A program made the position numbers and the translations under genes. 64,000 bases of DNA. Source: Gnetum montanum (lineage: Eukaryota > Plantae > Gnetophyta). The notes beneath the pieces are model-generated. The model was not told the DNA's origin. It saw nothing but the letters and a program-made list of their open reading frames with translations, and did no database searches. This document shows positions 51,901 to 64,000 of the stretch, in pieces. Location: contig MNCI01002140.1 of assembly GCA_015680685.1 (NCBI GenBank), forward strand, positions 189,797 through 253,796. The letters are read 5' to 3'. The stretch's first letter is position 1; each line of letters begins with the position of its first letter.

Positions 51901-52849
51901 TCAAATTTTTACCTCATTCCAGTGATATTTACATGTGTGTGTTCTATGGAATTAGTGTGGATTACATTTAACCCTTCGAGTGCCCACAGACACTTTTAAG
52001 TACGGTTACACAAGGGCATTATAGGTTGGAACTTACTTTGGGGAGGATCCACTTGTGTAATTTTTTGTAATTCTCACTTATGACATAGTTGACACACACC
52101 ATTTATTACCCTCAGCATAATTGCCAATGATTTTCTTTCCCTTATTATTACCCCTTTGATTTAACGTTCCTATGTACCATTACATAACCTTTTTCTCTAC
52201 CACCCGAGGTTTTATTGGTCAGTTAGACCATACCTGATTATTCATGCCTTTGAAACAAATTAATTTACCCTAGAACCTTTTAACATATGCCACATGTCCT
52301 TAAAATTCCACATTAATTCCAGAAAAACATTAAAAATTTGGCATTTTCCCTCAAAACCCTAATTATCATTAGGCTGCGATATTGTGTAGGTGATATCGCA
52401 TCCCATTGCAACACTTAGTCTCATTTTCACACTTTACATGGGGGAGTTTTGAATTTTTTCTCTACGACTTGCGATTGAGTGACCCTTGCTTTCATAACCA
52501 TATCTCGCTTGTTGGTACTCCGATTTTAATTCCATTTAAACCTGCTTGAACCCAAAGTGTTCAGCTTAGTCATGGGGGAGGGACACCTGCCAAAAAGTGC
52601 CTACAAAGGACATTATCTAGGGTAATTAACTATAACATTTAGAATAATTGTGCCAAAGAAATAATTTTATCCCTAGGTGCACCAGGAAATAAAAATTGGA
52701 AAACCATCTAAGCAACAGGACTCACTATTACAATCTTTTGGGAAATATCACATGAAGATAAAATGAATTAATTAATTAAGGCAAGCAGTAAGGTATAACT
52801 TAACTTAAAAAATAACCTTACTAATGCTTGACCCCATGTGATTATAGAT

Positions 52850-55640
52850 GGCCCTGAAACGTGGACAATAGGAAGGTCCTACTCAAGGTGGAAGCAAACG
52901 ATCTCAGAGAGGAAGCAAACAAGACCCTACCAAACAACATGCAGAATAGGAGGAGTAATCATTTAGCATTCATCAAGAGGACCCTCCTACCATACAGTCC
53001 AGGCAGGCAGAAGAAGGAGCTGCCGCAGCACCTGAATAGGGACAACATCTCAAGTTTCCCCAAGATTGTGTTTAGGACATCCATGAAAAGTCCACATTCG
53101 TTGCGGTGATTGCGGAGTTAAACTTTGAAAATTTTGTAGAGTTCGCTCCTGAGGCTATTAGGGATCACCTCAAGGGATCTCCCTTTTGGCCTATCCTCTC
53201 TGGTAGTGGTGCCTAGTACCTAGGAGAAATGTACCAATTCTGGCACAACAGAGAACAAGGCAGTGGTGTAACAGTTTATTTCTCTATGCAGGCCATTTAA
53301 AAAGTGTTAAACCTTTCGAATATAGGGTCAAAAGTTGCTTAGTTATCCACCCATTCAGACCCTGATGTGCAACAAGTTTGGTTAGAAAGGGCTTATGGCA
53401 GAGAGAAGACATTTGGAGAGTTGATGACAAAAGAGACGATTTACTTCAAGATTGGAACATATCACCTCTTCCCCATGAAGGGCTTGAAAGAATATCAACA
53501 TATATGGCAAGAGGATGTGCAGTGCTAATGGGAAAGGTTGATGCTAACCTGCCTCATCTATACTATATGGAGATCCTAAGGTGGTTTGAGGAATGAAAGA
53601 TAGGGAAGATGGCATTGCCTTTCCCTTATCTTATCAGGAAGCTGTGCCAACATGTTGAAATCAGAGAATACACTAATGATGTCCTTTGAAAAGCTAAGAA
53701 TGCTTCATATGTTGAATTGCTAAAGTCACCAGCTCCAAGGAAAAGCATTGGCGAAGAGCTAGGACCAGAACAAGAAGAAAAAAAGATGGCTAGACCAACT
53801 GCAACTCAACTTGTAGGACCCATCCAACCTCCAAGTATGGGTCCCAACCAACAACAAGAAGTAAGGCCTAGCACAGGCCAAGACCAACCACCGCCACCAC
53901 AAGACTACAGACCATCAATGAGCCATCTTAGGGCCATCACTGAGATTGTCAGTTGGGGAAGTCGTGATGATGAAAATCTCTTCTGCATCATTGATGATGT
54001 CATTCAGCCCATAATTTCTTTGGATCACACAAGGGGTGAAGTGTCTATTCACACAGGAGGAGGCGAAAGTACATGGTCACAACAGATCTTGGGAAACACT
54101 GCATCTTTCCAAGTGCAACTAGAAACTAGTGAAGGGGCCATGGTGGTGGTCATGCAACACCAGAATGCAATGGGAGTTGTAGAAGTGGTCACAGACCATA
54201 TTAAAGGATCATTTAATGTTCCTTTTGTACCACCGACAGATCTCACAGGAGCACGGGATGCTCAAACTTTGGCTGGAACCTCAATGACTCCTGCGGAACA
54301 TGAGGATGTGCTTGATCGATTGCTACAAAAAGGGAAAGTAATGACATCCCTGTTTAACATCCCTCAAGATGTCACAGTAATTCAATCAGAACTCATTTCC
54401 ATGAAGGGGAATCTAGTCTTAACAGAAGTGAGGGCCAAACATGCTAAAGCAGAAGTGCAGAAATTGCAAGAATGACTCATAGCCCTACAAGCAGCTCAGC
54501 GGGATCCTTTGCAATTTGTTCCCATAGACTAGCTAGACAACTTTAGAACTAAGCAACTAACCAAGTTAATAACAAAGAATAAAAAGGTGGCTGAGGAAAA
54601 AGAGAGGGTTATTTGGGATGCCTCCATAGCATAGGTGCAAACTCATGCGAATCTTTAGGCACTCAAAGCCCTACAGGAGGAAAATAAGTAGCTGGCTATA
54701 GACAACCTTCGGTTGACAGTTGTGGAAAAGCAAAAGAATGTTCTCGAAGAACATTTTCATCAATTGTTAGAAAAATTCATCCAGGTCAACCAAGATGTGA
54801 ACTGTTTAGCCAAAGAGAATTGAACCCTCTCAATGGAGGAGGTACGTGCCATTCATCAAAAGTCAGCTATCAAGATAAGCGTGTCGAAAAATGAGGCTAA
54901 ACGGCATGAAAAGCTAAAGCAGAACTTCCAAGACCAGGTGGGGATGTACAAATAGATCCTAGAGAAGGAGATCCATATGGCCGAGGCCCACATTAATACT
55001 ATCAGTGCCCAACACACTGACTGGTGAGCCATATTGGACACACATGCCTTTGCCCACCAAGTAGAAGTTAAGAGTCGGGACTTGCAGATTCAAGATCTGA
55101 TAGAATACATGGAGTTGGCAAACCTATGGTATGCCAACCTTGCCATGTTAATAGTAGGGTGCCCAAGATCATAGCTCGAGTGACAAGTAGCTACCACCCA
55201 CATCAAATACGAAATAGAATTTGTAGAATGCAAGAAGGCATTGCAACAACTGGAGGTTGAAAATTCTGAACTTGAGGTGGTAAAGGCAAGTTACCAAGGC
55301 CAGAAATGTGTCGCAGCAGATTTGGCTTGATAGCTTGTAGATTTCCAAGAATACAAAGACAAAGCCAGAGCCTATGAAGAGGAACGACGAGTATTTGCGG
55401 CCTGGTATGTTAAGGCCAATCAAATGTTTCCACAATTACCCTATCCATGGGAAGTGCTAACTTCGTCAAACATTGGAACATTAGCATGGACGATACAAGA
55501 TTCCTGGACCGAAGAGGAGAAGCTCTAGGCCATACTTCAACGTCATCAAGGCCAAAGACATGGAGCACAAGACAAAGGAAAAGCACCAATGGAAGATCCA
55601 GTGCCACTAGGAACCACATGAGTACCACAATTTTGTAGTC
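52850..55640 (+). pseudogene. Athila-like 3' accessory ORF (plant transposon protein-like domain, P/Q-rich linker, coiled coil), decayed
   Basis: NLPHLYYMEIL...MALPFPYLIRKLC motif; 252-aa open stretch 53717-54475; heptad-like E/K/Q/L-rich remnant to ~55400. Confidence 0.7.
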
Positions 55641-55786
55641 ATAGCACATTCTTTGTGTTGTGTCCCAATTTTTGTTTTCATTCCACACTGCTGCATAATC
55701 CCATTCTTACCATTCAATAATCCCATACCTATCCACTATGTAATTACTATAACTAGAGGACGAGTTTTCATTCAATCATGGGGGTA

Positions 55787-56550
55787 TGATGAATCGCATT
55801 TTAGGTCAACCACGATATCATGTATGCGATATCACAGCCTGTCTCCTCATCTATAAATAAGAGGTAGACAGATGAGTTAGGCAGTTTTGAGTTTTTAGAG
55901 TTAGTTTTGATTTCAGTTTTCATTTTCTATCTCTCAACCCTTTTCCTCTCCACGTATGCCCGCAGTGTGGTGATTGTAATTGTACGACATCCTTTATTCG
56001 AGTGTGACGTACTTGGACATGCACATGACCGAAAATAAAGATTGAGATTACTTCATCATTACAGAATTTACTTAGCTTAATTATTTAATTAATTATTATT
56101 TACTACTTTCCTCATTAATATCTCTCTCACCTTTAAACTCATGTTAAACATGGAATGAGTACGACCCAGTAGCATACCTAGGATCTACACTTGGTAATCC
56201 TAGTAGTAGTCATGCTCGAAGTCCAAGATGTGTACGGATAATCAAGGAATGGATGCTCATCGCACTTAGGCTAGTTTATATTCTCTCTTACCCTTTCCTC
56301 CTAGCTTAGTTAATCTTATTTTCCATTACCTTCAGGAGTAGCATTAGATTAGAAACTACATCATACACCTCACTCTGGACTAAACCATACGTGACAAAGA
56401 TAATACTAGTCCAGGTAGAAAGATAGCAAACTACGACCTAAGGCTAACTATCTAGATACCACAACTAGCCCGTCTGCGGAGTCCGATCGGATCGTGTGTG
56501 CAATGCTCATATTCGTATGGTTGAGTGTAGGGGTACCTTGCCACTCATCA
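55787..56550 (+). repeat. 3' LTR of element E
   Basis: TGATGAATC...GGGGTACCTTGCCACTCATCA; CTATAAATA at ~55851. Confidence 0.85.
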
Positions 56551-57101
56551 CATTCCAATAGTAATGTTGGACCTGCAGGAGCCATGCTAAGGTGCATGGG
56601 AAACATTGGACCCATGCTAGAGCAATGTTGGATCCTTGCTAGAGAAACTTTAGAGGGAAGGTGTAACATTAGGAGGTGTTAGGGGGAAGCAATAAGAATT
56701 CTAGGGGGGAAAGAGTTATAACCCCCACATTGGGCATGGGTGATGCTACACATCCCATCCACCATCACCCACCCACACCGCAAGCGCCCACACACCCCCC
56801 CCCAAATAGGTGTATCCAGCATAGTAAATGTTATACCCCTCACAAAACACATCAAAATGCCAATTTTGATAGTCCCAAAGTTATTTTTAAATTTTCAAAG
56901 CCCAAATATAGGCATAATATGAAATTTTCACTTGGGGGTTAAGGCTTTAATCACTTATGAGGCATTTTTAGCCCCAAAAGTTAAAATATGTGAAATTGCA
57001 TCTCTTAGATTACATTCTTCACATTTACAATAAATTTTAGCCTTGAGTTTCATTGGGTGATGGTTACAAAGGTTACAACATGCATTTTTGGTGGTGTTTC
57101 A
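56551..57101 (-). repeat. Truncated Tat-family LTR (5' part), cut by element E
   Basis: Minus start TGAAACACCACCAAAAATGCATG; homologous to 38930-39532. Confidence 0.75.
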
Positions 57102-57299
57102 ACCATCATAAATTGCTCTTCTATCAGCTACATCAATGTAGCAACATTGATGCATGATCAACTTCATCAATGCAACAACATTGACACAAAGGTAATAAAT
57201 ACCTATATAAATGCACATATCCACCCCATTTATGGCACCATTAGGTCAATGGCATAGTCAAAATCTCAAAATATAAAAAAATCAAATAGTAAACACACT

Positions 57300-57446
57300 T
57301 TTATTGCAAGCCAAAATGGAAGCATACAAAGCTTACAAGAAATCTCAGGGATGCTTGAGCAAGGAATGCTTTGAAGGTGCTATGTGCTACACTTTAGATC
57401 TCTCTTACTCGATGCCTTTGAGAGGTGCTACTTATGGCTTTATATA
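57300..57446 (-). promoter_or_regulatory. Caulimovirid pgRNA TATA box and downstream polyA signal
   Basis: Minus CCTATATAAAG at ~57446-57439 and AATAAA at 57305-57300, the expected terminal-redundancy arrangement. Confidence 0.6.
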
Positions 57447-58509
57447 GGAAAGCCAAAGACTTCTAGATGCTTCATAATGCTTGGTGACATAGCAAGCACT
57501 AACACATCAAACAAGAAGATAAGGGCAAACAGATTTGTCATTATGAGACGTACTAACAATAGTAAACATAGACTTTACATAACATGGTTGATAGAATTAT
57601 TCTGGAGAGTTAGGCGGAGAATCACTTCTTGTTGGAGTGGTTTGTTCTTCAGATTCTTCATCATCAATCTCAATTATGCCAATGTGGAAATGACTATGTG
57701 TGTGCTTTGTAAGAGTACTGACAAGGTAGAATGTCTTTTCATAACCCCCTTATCTTTGAAATCAAGGAAGATGTGACTCTAGATTTTACAACTCTAGAGT
57801 ATGTGGCACTTGATTATGCAACTGGCAATGGGTCTAAATATCATAAGCATTTGATGTATAGACATCTTGAAAGAAAGCTTAACCCCATGCATTCATCCAG
57901 TCTATGCTTTTAGAGATACAGGTTGTGAGGAAATTGACAGGTGTATGATTAGATTGAGAAAAATGCCACATTATATATTGTTGATTCCCATAATAGAGCA
58001 GATCACCATGTTGTTTTGTTAGATGGTGGAAAAATTATCTTGGATAACCTTCAACTATGTGAGAGGGAGAATGACCAAATCTTGTCCACCAAGACCAGAA
58101 GAGATGATTATCAAGTTCTGGGTAAACAATAGGATTAATCTCAATTTTATACAAATAGAAAGGATCAAGTTGATATAAAGGCCAATTCAAAACCTTAGGA
58201 GGAGAAGCATAAAGGGTTTCAAAATTAAGTAGTTCCAACTCAACAAAAGATAGTAATTTACAATGGATAGGGATTTCATTAGGATTGATTCTTTCATCAT
58301 AGGCTATAAACACTTTTTGCACAATATTTGTATAAGGGGTGATAGTGCTATTAATATCAACAAAATAATCCCACTTTGGTTCATGCTATAATCGGTAATG
58401 AAGCTATTCAATAGCTAGCATGAAGACTTCATTGCATCTACAAGCTCTTAGATGACACAAATACCTTAACTTCCATCCATCATTTATTAGAAAATCTATA
58501 AAAACTTAA

Positions 58510-59650
58510 CAAAGCATTAGTTAGAGAGATGGAACTCTCTAGTTAAGAAGTCAGCTAAGTAGTTATCCTTACCATTAATATACTGAGTCTCGAAATCAAA
58601 ATTAGCTAAAAATAAGGTCCATTGAATCAATCTCATATGAGCTTCTTTATTTAAGTTGCTTACTCTGAGGTACTTTTCAAAATGCTTGAGGTCACTTCTA
58701 ATTATAAATTTCTTTTCTTGTATAAATAACCTAAATTTTTCTATACCTTTAATAATAGCTAAGAGCTCCTTGTGAGTACTATGATAATTAAACTAATTTG
58801 TAGCAAACTTGCCTGAGGCGTATTTACAAATATGGAGGCATCTGTCTAGGTCTTCTTTCAAGGTTGTAGCCAAAAACTCATAGGAGATGTCAATTTCTAG
58901 TATGAGTGTCCATGTTGTGGGTAGATGGAGTTTTGGTAAAGACATACATTGAGATTTTATGTGTCTTACTATTTCTGTGTGTTTTTGTGACCAAGCTACA
59001 ACTTTTTGGCTTAATTGTTCATTTAAGAGCTTTTTATCTTTAGCTAAATCCTTATAAAAGCCAAAGAGATAGTTTATGCATCCTAAGAACCTTTGGAGTT
59101 TGGTTTTGTCAAAAATTTCATCAAGAAAATTCCTTACTACTTCTAGGATGTGATTTTGAAGGGATATAATACCTTGACTAATTTCTAATCCTAAAATTTT
59201 TATTTTTGTTTGTGCAATTTGCATCTTCATAAGGGATAATACTAAATCATTTTTATTAACTAAATCATTGAAAGTTTAGAGATGCTTAAGATGATCTTGT
59301 GCATTTTTACTCATTACTAAGATATCATCTATGTAAACCATAATAAAATTATATGAACTAAAAATTCTATCCATGCACTGCTGAAAAATAGATGGTGCAG
59401 TCTTAATTCCAAATGGTAGGACTATCCACTGATATAAACCTCTAGGAATAGTAAAGGTTTTTTTCTATCTATCTTTAGGATAAATCTAAATTTTCCATAA
59501 ACTAGATTTTAAGTCAAATTTAGAATATATATGAGTGTGTAACAGTCTTTTGAATAAATCATCTTTATTTGGTATGGGATGTTGTACAAACTTTATAAGA
59601 TCATTCAAAGGCTTGTAATTAACCACGAGTCTCGTTTTACCTCTTATAGT
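58510..59650 (-). pseudogene. Caulimovirid reverse transcriptase-RNase H
   Basis: YIDD motif near 59330; ORF-track 58793-59230; ends ...ADFLTREFHLSN*. Confidence 0.9.
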
Positions 59651-59699
59651 TTCTTCTGCTAAAAGTTATGTCACAACAAGTTACCACACCATGAACTAA

Positions 59700-62118
59700 G
59701 TGGATTGTTCGTAGTCTTATTTAAGTGAAAATATATCTAAACATATTTTCATGACTACAATAAGATTGAGATCCATTTTTCTTAATTTTAATTTAATTTT
59801 AATGGTTTCTTTAATTCATACATACTTAGTTAATCATTTTATGTCCATCTTCCTTAATTGCACCACATGATTACTACTAAATTCAAGCATAAATCCATTG
59901 ACTCTTAGTAATCCTAATAGTACATTGCTTGGTATGCCTAGCATTGGATAATTTGTATCCTAGCAATGTTAGTGTATGTTTAGGATATATATGGCAAGTT
60001 GAAAATGGATACTCCATGCATAGCTAGGCTAGATTTATTCTTTTCACCTAGGCTAGATAATTTAGATTTGTAATAATTTAATATTTTAATAATATTTTAG
60101 TCATGGCCTTTCCAACATCATTATCATATTCCTCAATTACATGTAATCATATGAATTAGCTCATATAAGTATGACTGGAAAGATAGTGACCAGCAATCTA
60201 TCACCTAGCTATGTAAATACCCATACCAGCCCAATTCCATGTGTTGCAACTCAAAAAATCTACCATTGGAAAGTTGAGAGATCTATCACAGCAACCTCAA
60301 CCCATGGATCCCAAGGGCCTCTACAAAAATAGGATCCAAGGTACCCTAGATGGTCTGATTGATCACCTAGCAACTTACAAAATGCAACTATGAATGGTTT
60401 CAGAATATGGCTTTGAACATGATAAAAAATGTACATGGAAATGAACTATTGAAAACAAAAATGTAAATAGAAATGGCCTACTAAAAATGAAAATGGAAAA
60501 CAGATTTGCAATTACATAAATGAACATAGAAATGGCAATAGAAACCAAAATTTGCACAAAAAGAAACATAAAATTTATAGAAGAATATAAATAAATTTTG
60601 TATTTCACAGTGTATAGGTTTGTGCCAAAAGGCACAAGAAGTTGCTTGTCAAACTTAAATTCCATTAGAGAGAGCTGCCCTCACATTCCAGTTGCTTCCT
60701 AGTTTTGGTCCACTATAACTTTTTGTTAGTTTCCACCAAGTCTATTGTGTGAGAATGGAATTGGTGTCACATGTTTGAGGTAATGGAAACTACATGGGAG
60801 TCTCTATGCCTAGCATAGTCCTAGTTTGTACCACCAAAAAACACTGCTAGGGATGGATGTAACAACTATAATGGGTTTTTATAGATGCCAATGGAGATGG
60901 GAATGGGATAGGACCTACACTTTTAGTGGCAATAACAACTACATGGGAATGTTTACACCTAGTGTAGCACCAATTTATGCTATTGAAAACATAGTTGAGG
61001 TGCCAATGAGTTTGATGGATGATGAAACTAGCCTTGAAAATGACTATCAGGGATGAAATCGGTGTTGCTGATCGTGAAAATGCTAAGTGCTTAGAGTTCT
61101 AGAATGCAAAATAGATGCCAAAGTTCTAAAAAATGTCCAAAATTCAAAACCTAGAAATTGTGTCAACGTTGGACTTTTATAGGTTAGGGTTACCATTTTT
61201 GGACCTACTATTGATTTCCATTAATTGCTAACAAACTAGCATTGATTATGGGTTTGCAATGGGTACTACTGCTAGCATAGTCAACCAACTACTACTCAAC
61301 ATAGTTAGCCAACTATTGCTAGTGTAGTCAACCAACTACTGCCAACGTAGTCAATCAACTACTACCAACATAGTCAGCCAACTATTGTCAACATAGTTGG
61401 TATTTGTGGTAAGTCCAAAATGGACTACATCCACAAAACCCATCTATTTACTATAAATAGTAAATATGGTTTTGTTACTTTGTTGAAGGCTTTGAAAATG
61501 GGAAATTGAAAAAGTATTGGAAAATAGAAAGATGGACAAAACCTACAAAAATGATGAAACTTGTTGGAAAGACCCATGCCTGGTGAACACTGCTATCTGG
61601 TCGTTGTTGACTTGGGATGCATGTGGTAGCTATTGTTGAAGAAATGGCCATCCCAACCATTCCAATGCTGCACTTCTACGTAGTCCTAGTGATGACTACA
61701 CTAGCTACTATGGCTACTATAGCTACTATGACTACTGTAGCTATGGTGCCTACTAAAGATGACTCCAGCGTAGTTGGGGCTATACCCCTACAAAAACTCA
61801 AGAAATTGTTATTTTTAGCCATTCCAATGGCATTTTCAAGCTTCCCAAGCCCATATATGGACATGGGGTACCCATTTCTAGTTGGGAAGTGAGGCAATAA
61901 TAACTTTTGAAGCTCTTTCAACCTCAAAAAGTTGAAATATGGAAGATTGTAGCTTATATACTACATATCTTACATTATAATGGAACTTTACTTGAAGCTA
62001 AAAAGTGGGACATGCAACATGAATTTTGGTGGTGTTTCACCATGGAATTTGGCCAAGTTGCACATAAATGCTTATAATATATATGGTTGAATGTGGAATT
62101 TACTCTACCACTCTTTAT
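59700..62118 (+). repeat. Athila-like LTR (probably a 5' LTR) interrupted by a Tat solo LTR; followed by a degenerate PBS
   Basis: 59750-60241 and 62045-62118 match parts of 36271-37145. Downstream TAGCATCATTATGGGAG is a deaminated, slightly gapped match to the tRNA-Asp PBS TGGCGCCGTTGCCGGGGA. Confidence 0.55.
60242..62039 (-). mobile_element. Solo LTR of the Tat (TGAAACACC) family
   Basis: Minus TGAAACACCACC...GCAACA; TSD CCATG at 60237-60241 and 62040-62044; U5 motif at 60332-60378; internal ~23 bp repeats at 61270-61400. Confidence 0.85.
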
Positions 62119-64000
62119 TAGCATCATTATGGGAGAGCTTGGTGCTTGTGATTTATATAGATAGAATCATCTAAGGATTGCTATTAGAGCACAGAATAAT
62201 TTATCAATTGGAAATAATATTACTTTATTTAAAGTGCTCTTACTAATTATAAGATGTTTTCTTTTCATGGGATAAATTCCCTAGCTTCTCATGATTCAAC
62301 AAGGGGACATGACATCATTGTTAATAACTAAGATGAAGTACCACAACAAACGAAGGTTGTCTACTAGCATCTAGATCCTTAATATTCCTATTTCACTTTC
62401 AACCTTTACTAGCATGAATAACTATAATGAAGGATGTAGAAGGTAATGTTGTATTACTACGTGATTGTTTGATATCATTAATGCTTATGACATTATTGAT
62501 GAAAGTGGAACTTAAAGCAGCTACTTCAAATTACAAGGTAGCTAATGAAATGTCTAAGCCCTACCAACCCACCAAGTTCCAATGATGAAAGGACTATTAC
62601 ATGGAGGAATGTCATGTAGCCACCAAGGAAAAGGAATCCTACTAACCTTATAATCAAAGAAGGATGATTCATACTATCAATTTGTTTAATATTATTACAA
62701 AAACTCCCTCACTCCTAAATGCAAATGGTGAAAAAAATCCATGACTATGTTTAACCTTGGTGATTAATCAAGAAAAAGAAAGAACATAACCTAAAACATA
62801 GGAAACCTTTAAGCCTAGGTCTTCCAACAAGCCACTTAGAGAATATCAAAGGAGTCATAGAAGAATAACAACCTAGCACAACTTTCCTCATTTTTCATTA
62901 TCATCCTCATCATTAAGCTTTGATGAGGGTGAATGTAACCAAGGTAGAAGGGGCAACAATAGAAGACATAGTGGAGATGATAGAAGAGACCATCATAGGA
63001 ATGGTAGAAGAGAAGGTAGACATGATCAAGAAGAAGGACACCAACATCAACTAAGGCATAGTAGACAACATCAAAGAATTCATGCTCATGAAAAGAACCA
63101 TGATGAGTATGATGATGATGATGAACTGTTACTTACACTAAAGCATAATTAACATTAGTGCTAGAGTGGGTCCATGACTCTACTCCAATAATAGAATAGA
63201 TAACTCGTTTTAAGCACTTGCTGGTCTTTGTTTCAACCAAGGCATGGATACTCTCAAATATCTTTTGTTGGTTTAAATGAGCTAATTATGACTAAATATA
63301 TTTTAATAGTAAAATAATTCAAACAAAATGTTATCTTGTATATAGATAATAATTATCTCTTTAAGCTATTCCTCAACATTATGATGAAAATTCATATCTT
63401 TCTACTCATTTAACTTCAAATTCTACATAACTAATACAATGAACAAAGAAGTCTTATAGAATATGTCCTTTAATTTTGAGCTATATGCTAGCAAACTTAC
63501 CAAAGCTAAATTTCATAAATGTTTTACTAAACAAAGTAGGAATATAACATAGAAAAATTATTTATGAAACTTGAAATTGTACAAAAGATGACATCAATTC
63601 TACATTAAATGGATTTAGAATTAACACTTATAAAAGCTATCCCATTCAACCAAAGTACCAAGAGTAAGTTAAACCTTAGCTTCTAGAAAAAATAACTTAT
63701 CCCAAAACCTATCATTTACTTAAATGTAGCTATGCATAATTTAACCTAAACAAGTAAAGAAAGATATCTAATTTTAATACAAATTGAGAAGAAAAAAAAA
63801 CTAAAAGAGATAAGTAGAATCTGTTTAGAATGCCATTATAGAAATAGTCTTTACAAGCCTTTTGCAAAAGTCTTCTATCCTTCTTCCACCCTTAGAAGAA
63901 CCTATTACAAATCTATTTAAAGTTTTATTTAGCAACCTTTGATAGTTACAGTGATTACAAAATCATGGTTTAATGAATTTCACATTCTCCTCATAGACTT

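Larger units (their letters stand above)
50600..56550 (+). mobile_element. Athila-like element 'E': 3' non-coding region, accessory ORF, PPT, 3' LTR
   Basis: PPT GTTTTCATTCAATCATGGGGGTA, LTR 55787-56550; left boundary approximate. Confidence 0.65.
57285..59660 (-). mobile_element. Endogenous caulimovirid (pararetrovirus) fragment: RT-RNase H, downstream ORF, intergenic promoter/polyA
   Basis: Minus RGKTRLVVNYKPLN, YSKFDLKS, PFGIKTAPSIFQ..MD, VYIDDILV, DKTKLQRFLGCINY, KYASGKF, GKDNYLADFLTRE are typical Caulimoviridae RT/RH motifs. Confidence 0.9.

Noticed and set aside
62150-64000. Possible gag remnants after the Athila-like PBS
   Set aside because: Too degraded to support a specific call.

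Overview
Repeat-saturated land-plant nuclear DNA with no intact host gene. It consists of nested, C>T/G>A-decayed Ty3/gypsy retrotransposons: a Tat-lineage family (RT-RH-aRH-INT order, LTRs starting TGAAACACC) and an Athila-like family (LTRs TGATG...CATCA). It also holds an endogenous caulimovirid fragment and a mosaic of host-gene fragments. The centrepiece is a full-length 17.1 kb Tat element (17286-34380, TSD CCCAT, tRNA-Asn PBS) whose pol is split between protease and RT by about 5.4 kb. That interval holds an antisense 8-exon gene of roughly 1,080 codons: FCP1/SCP-type HAD-like domain lacking most catalytic Asp residues, a plant-mobile/transposon-like domain, a coiled coil and an acidic tail. 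A second, strongly diverged copy of the same gene, with matching splice positions, lies upstream of RT in another element at 1-3120. The gene therefore looks like a conserved family-level accessory module rather than a chance capture. All alignments and translations were done by eye; domain names need HMM or structure confirmation.
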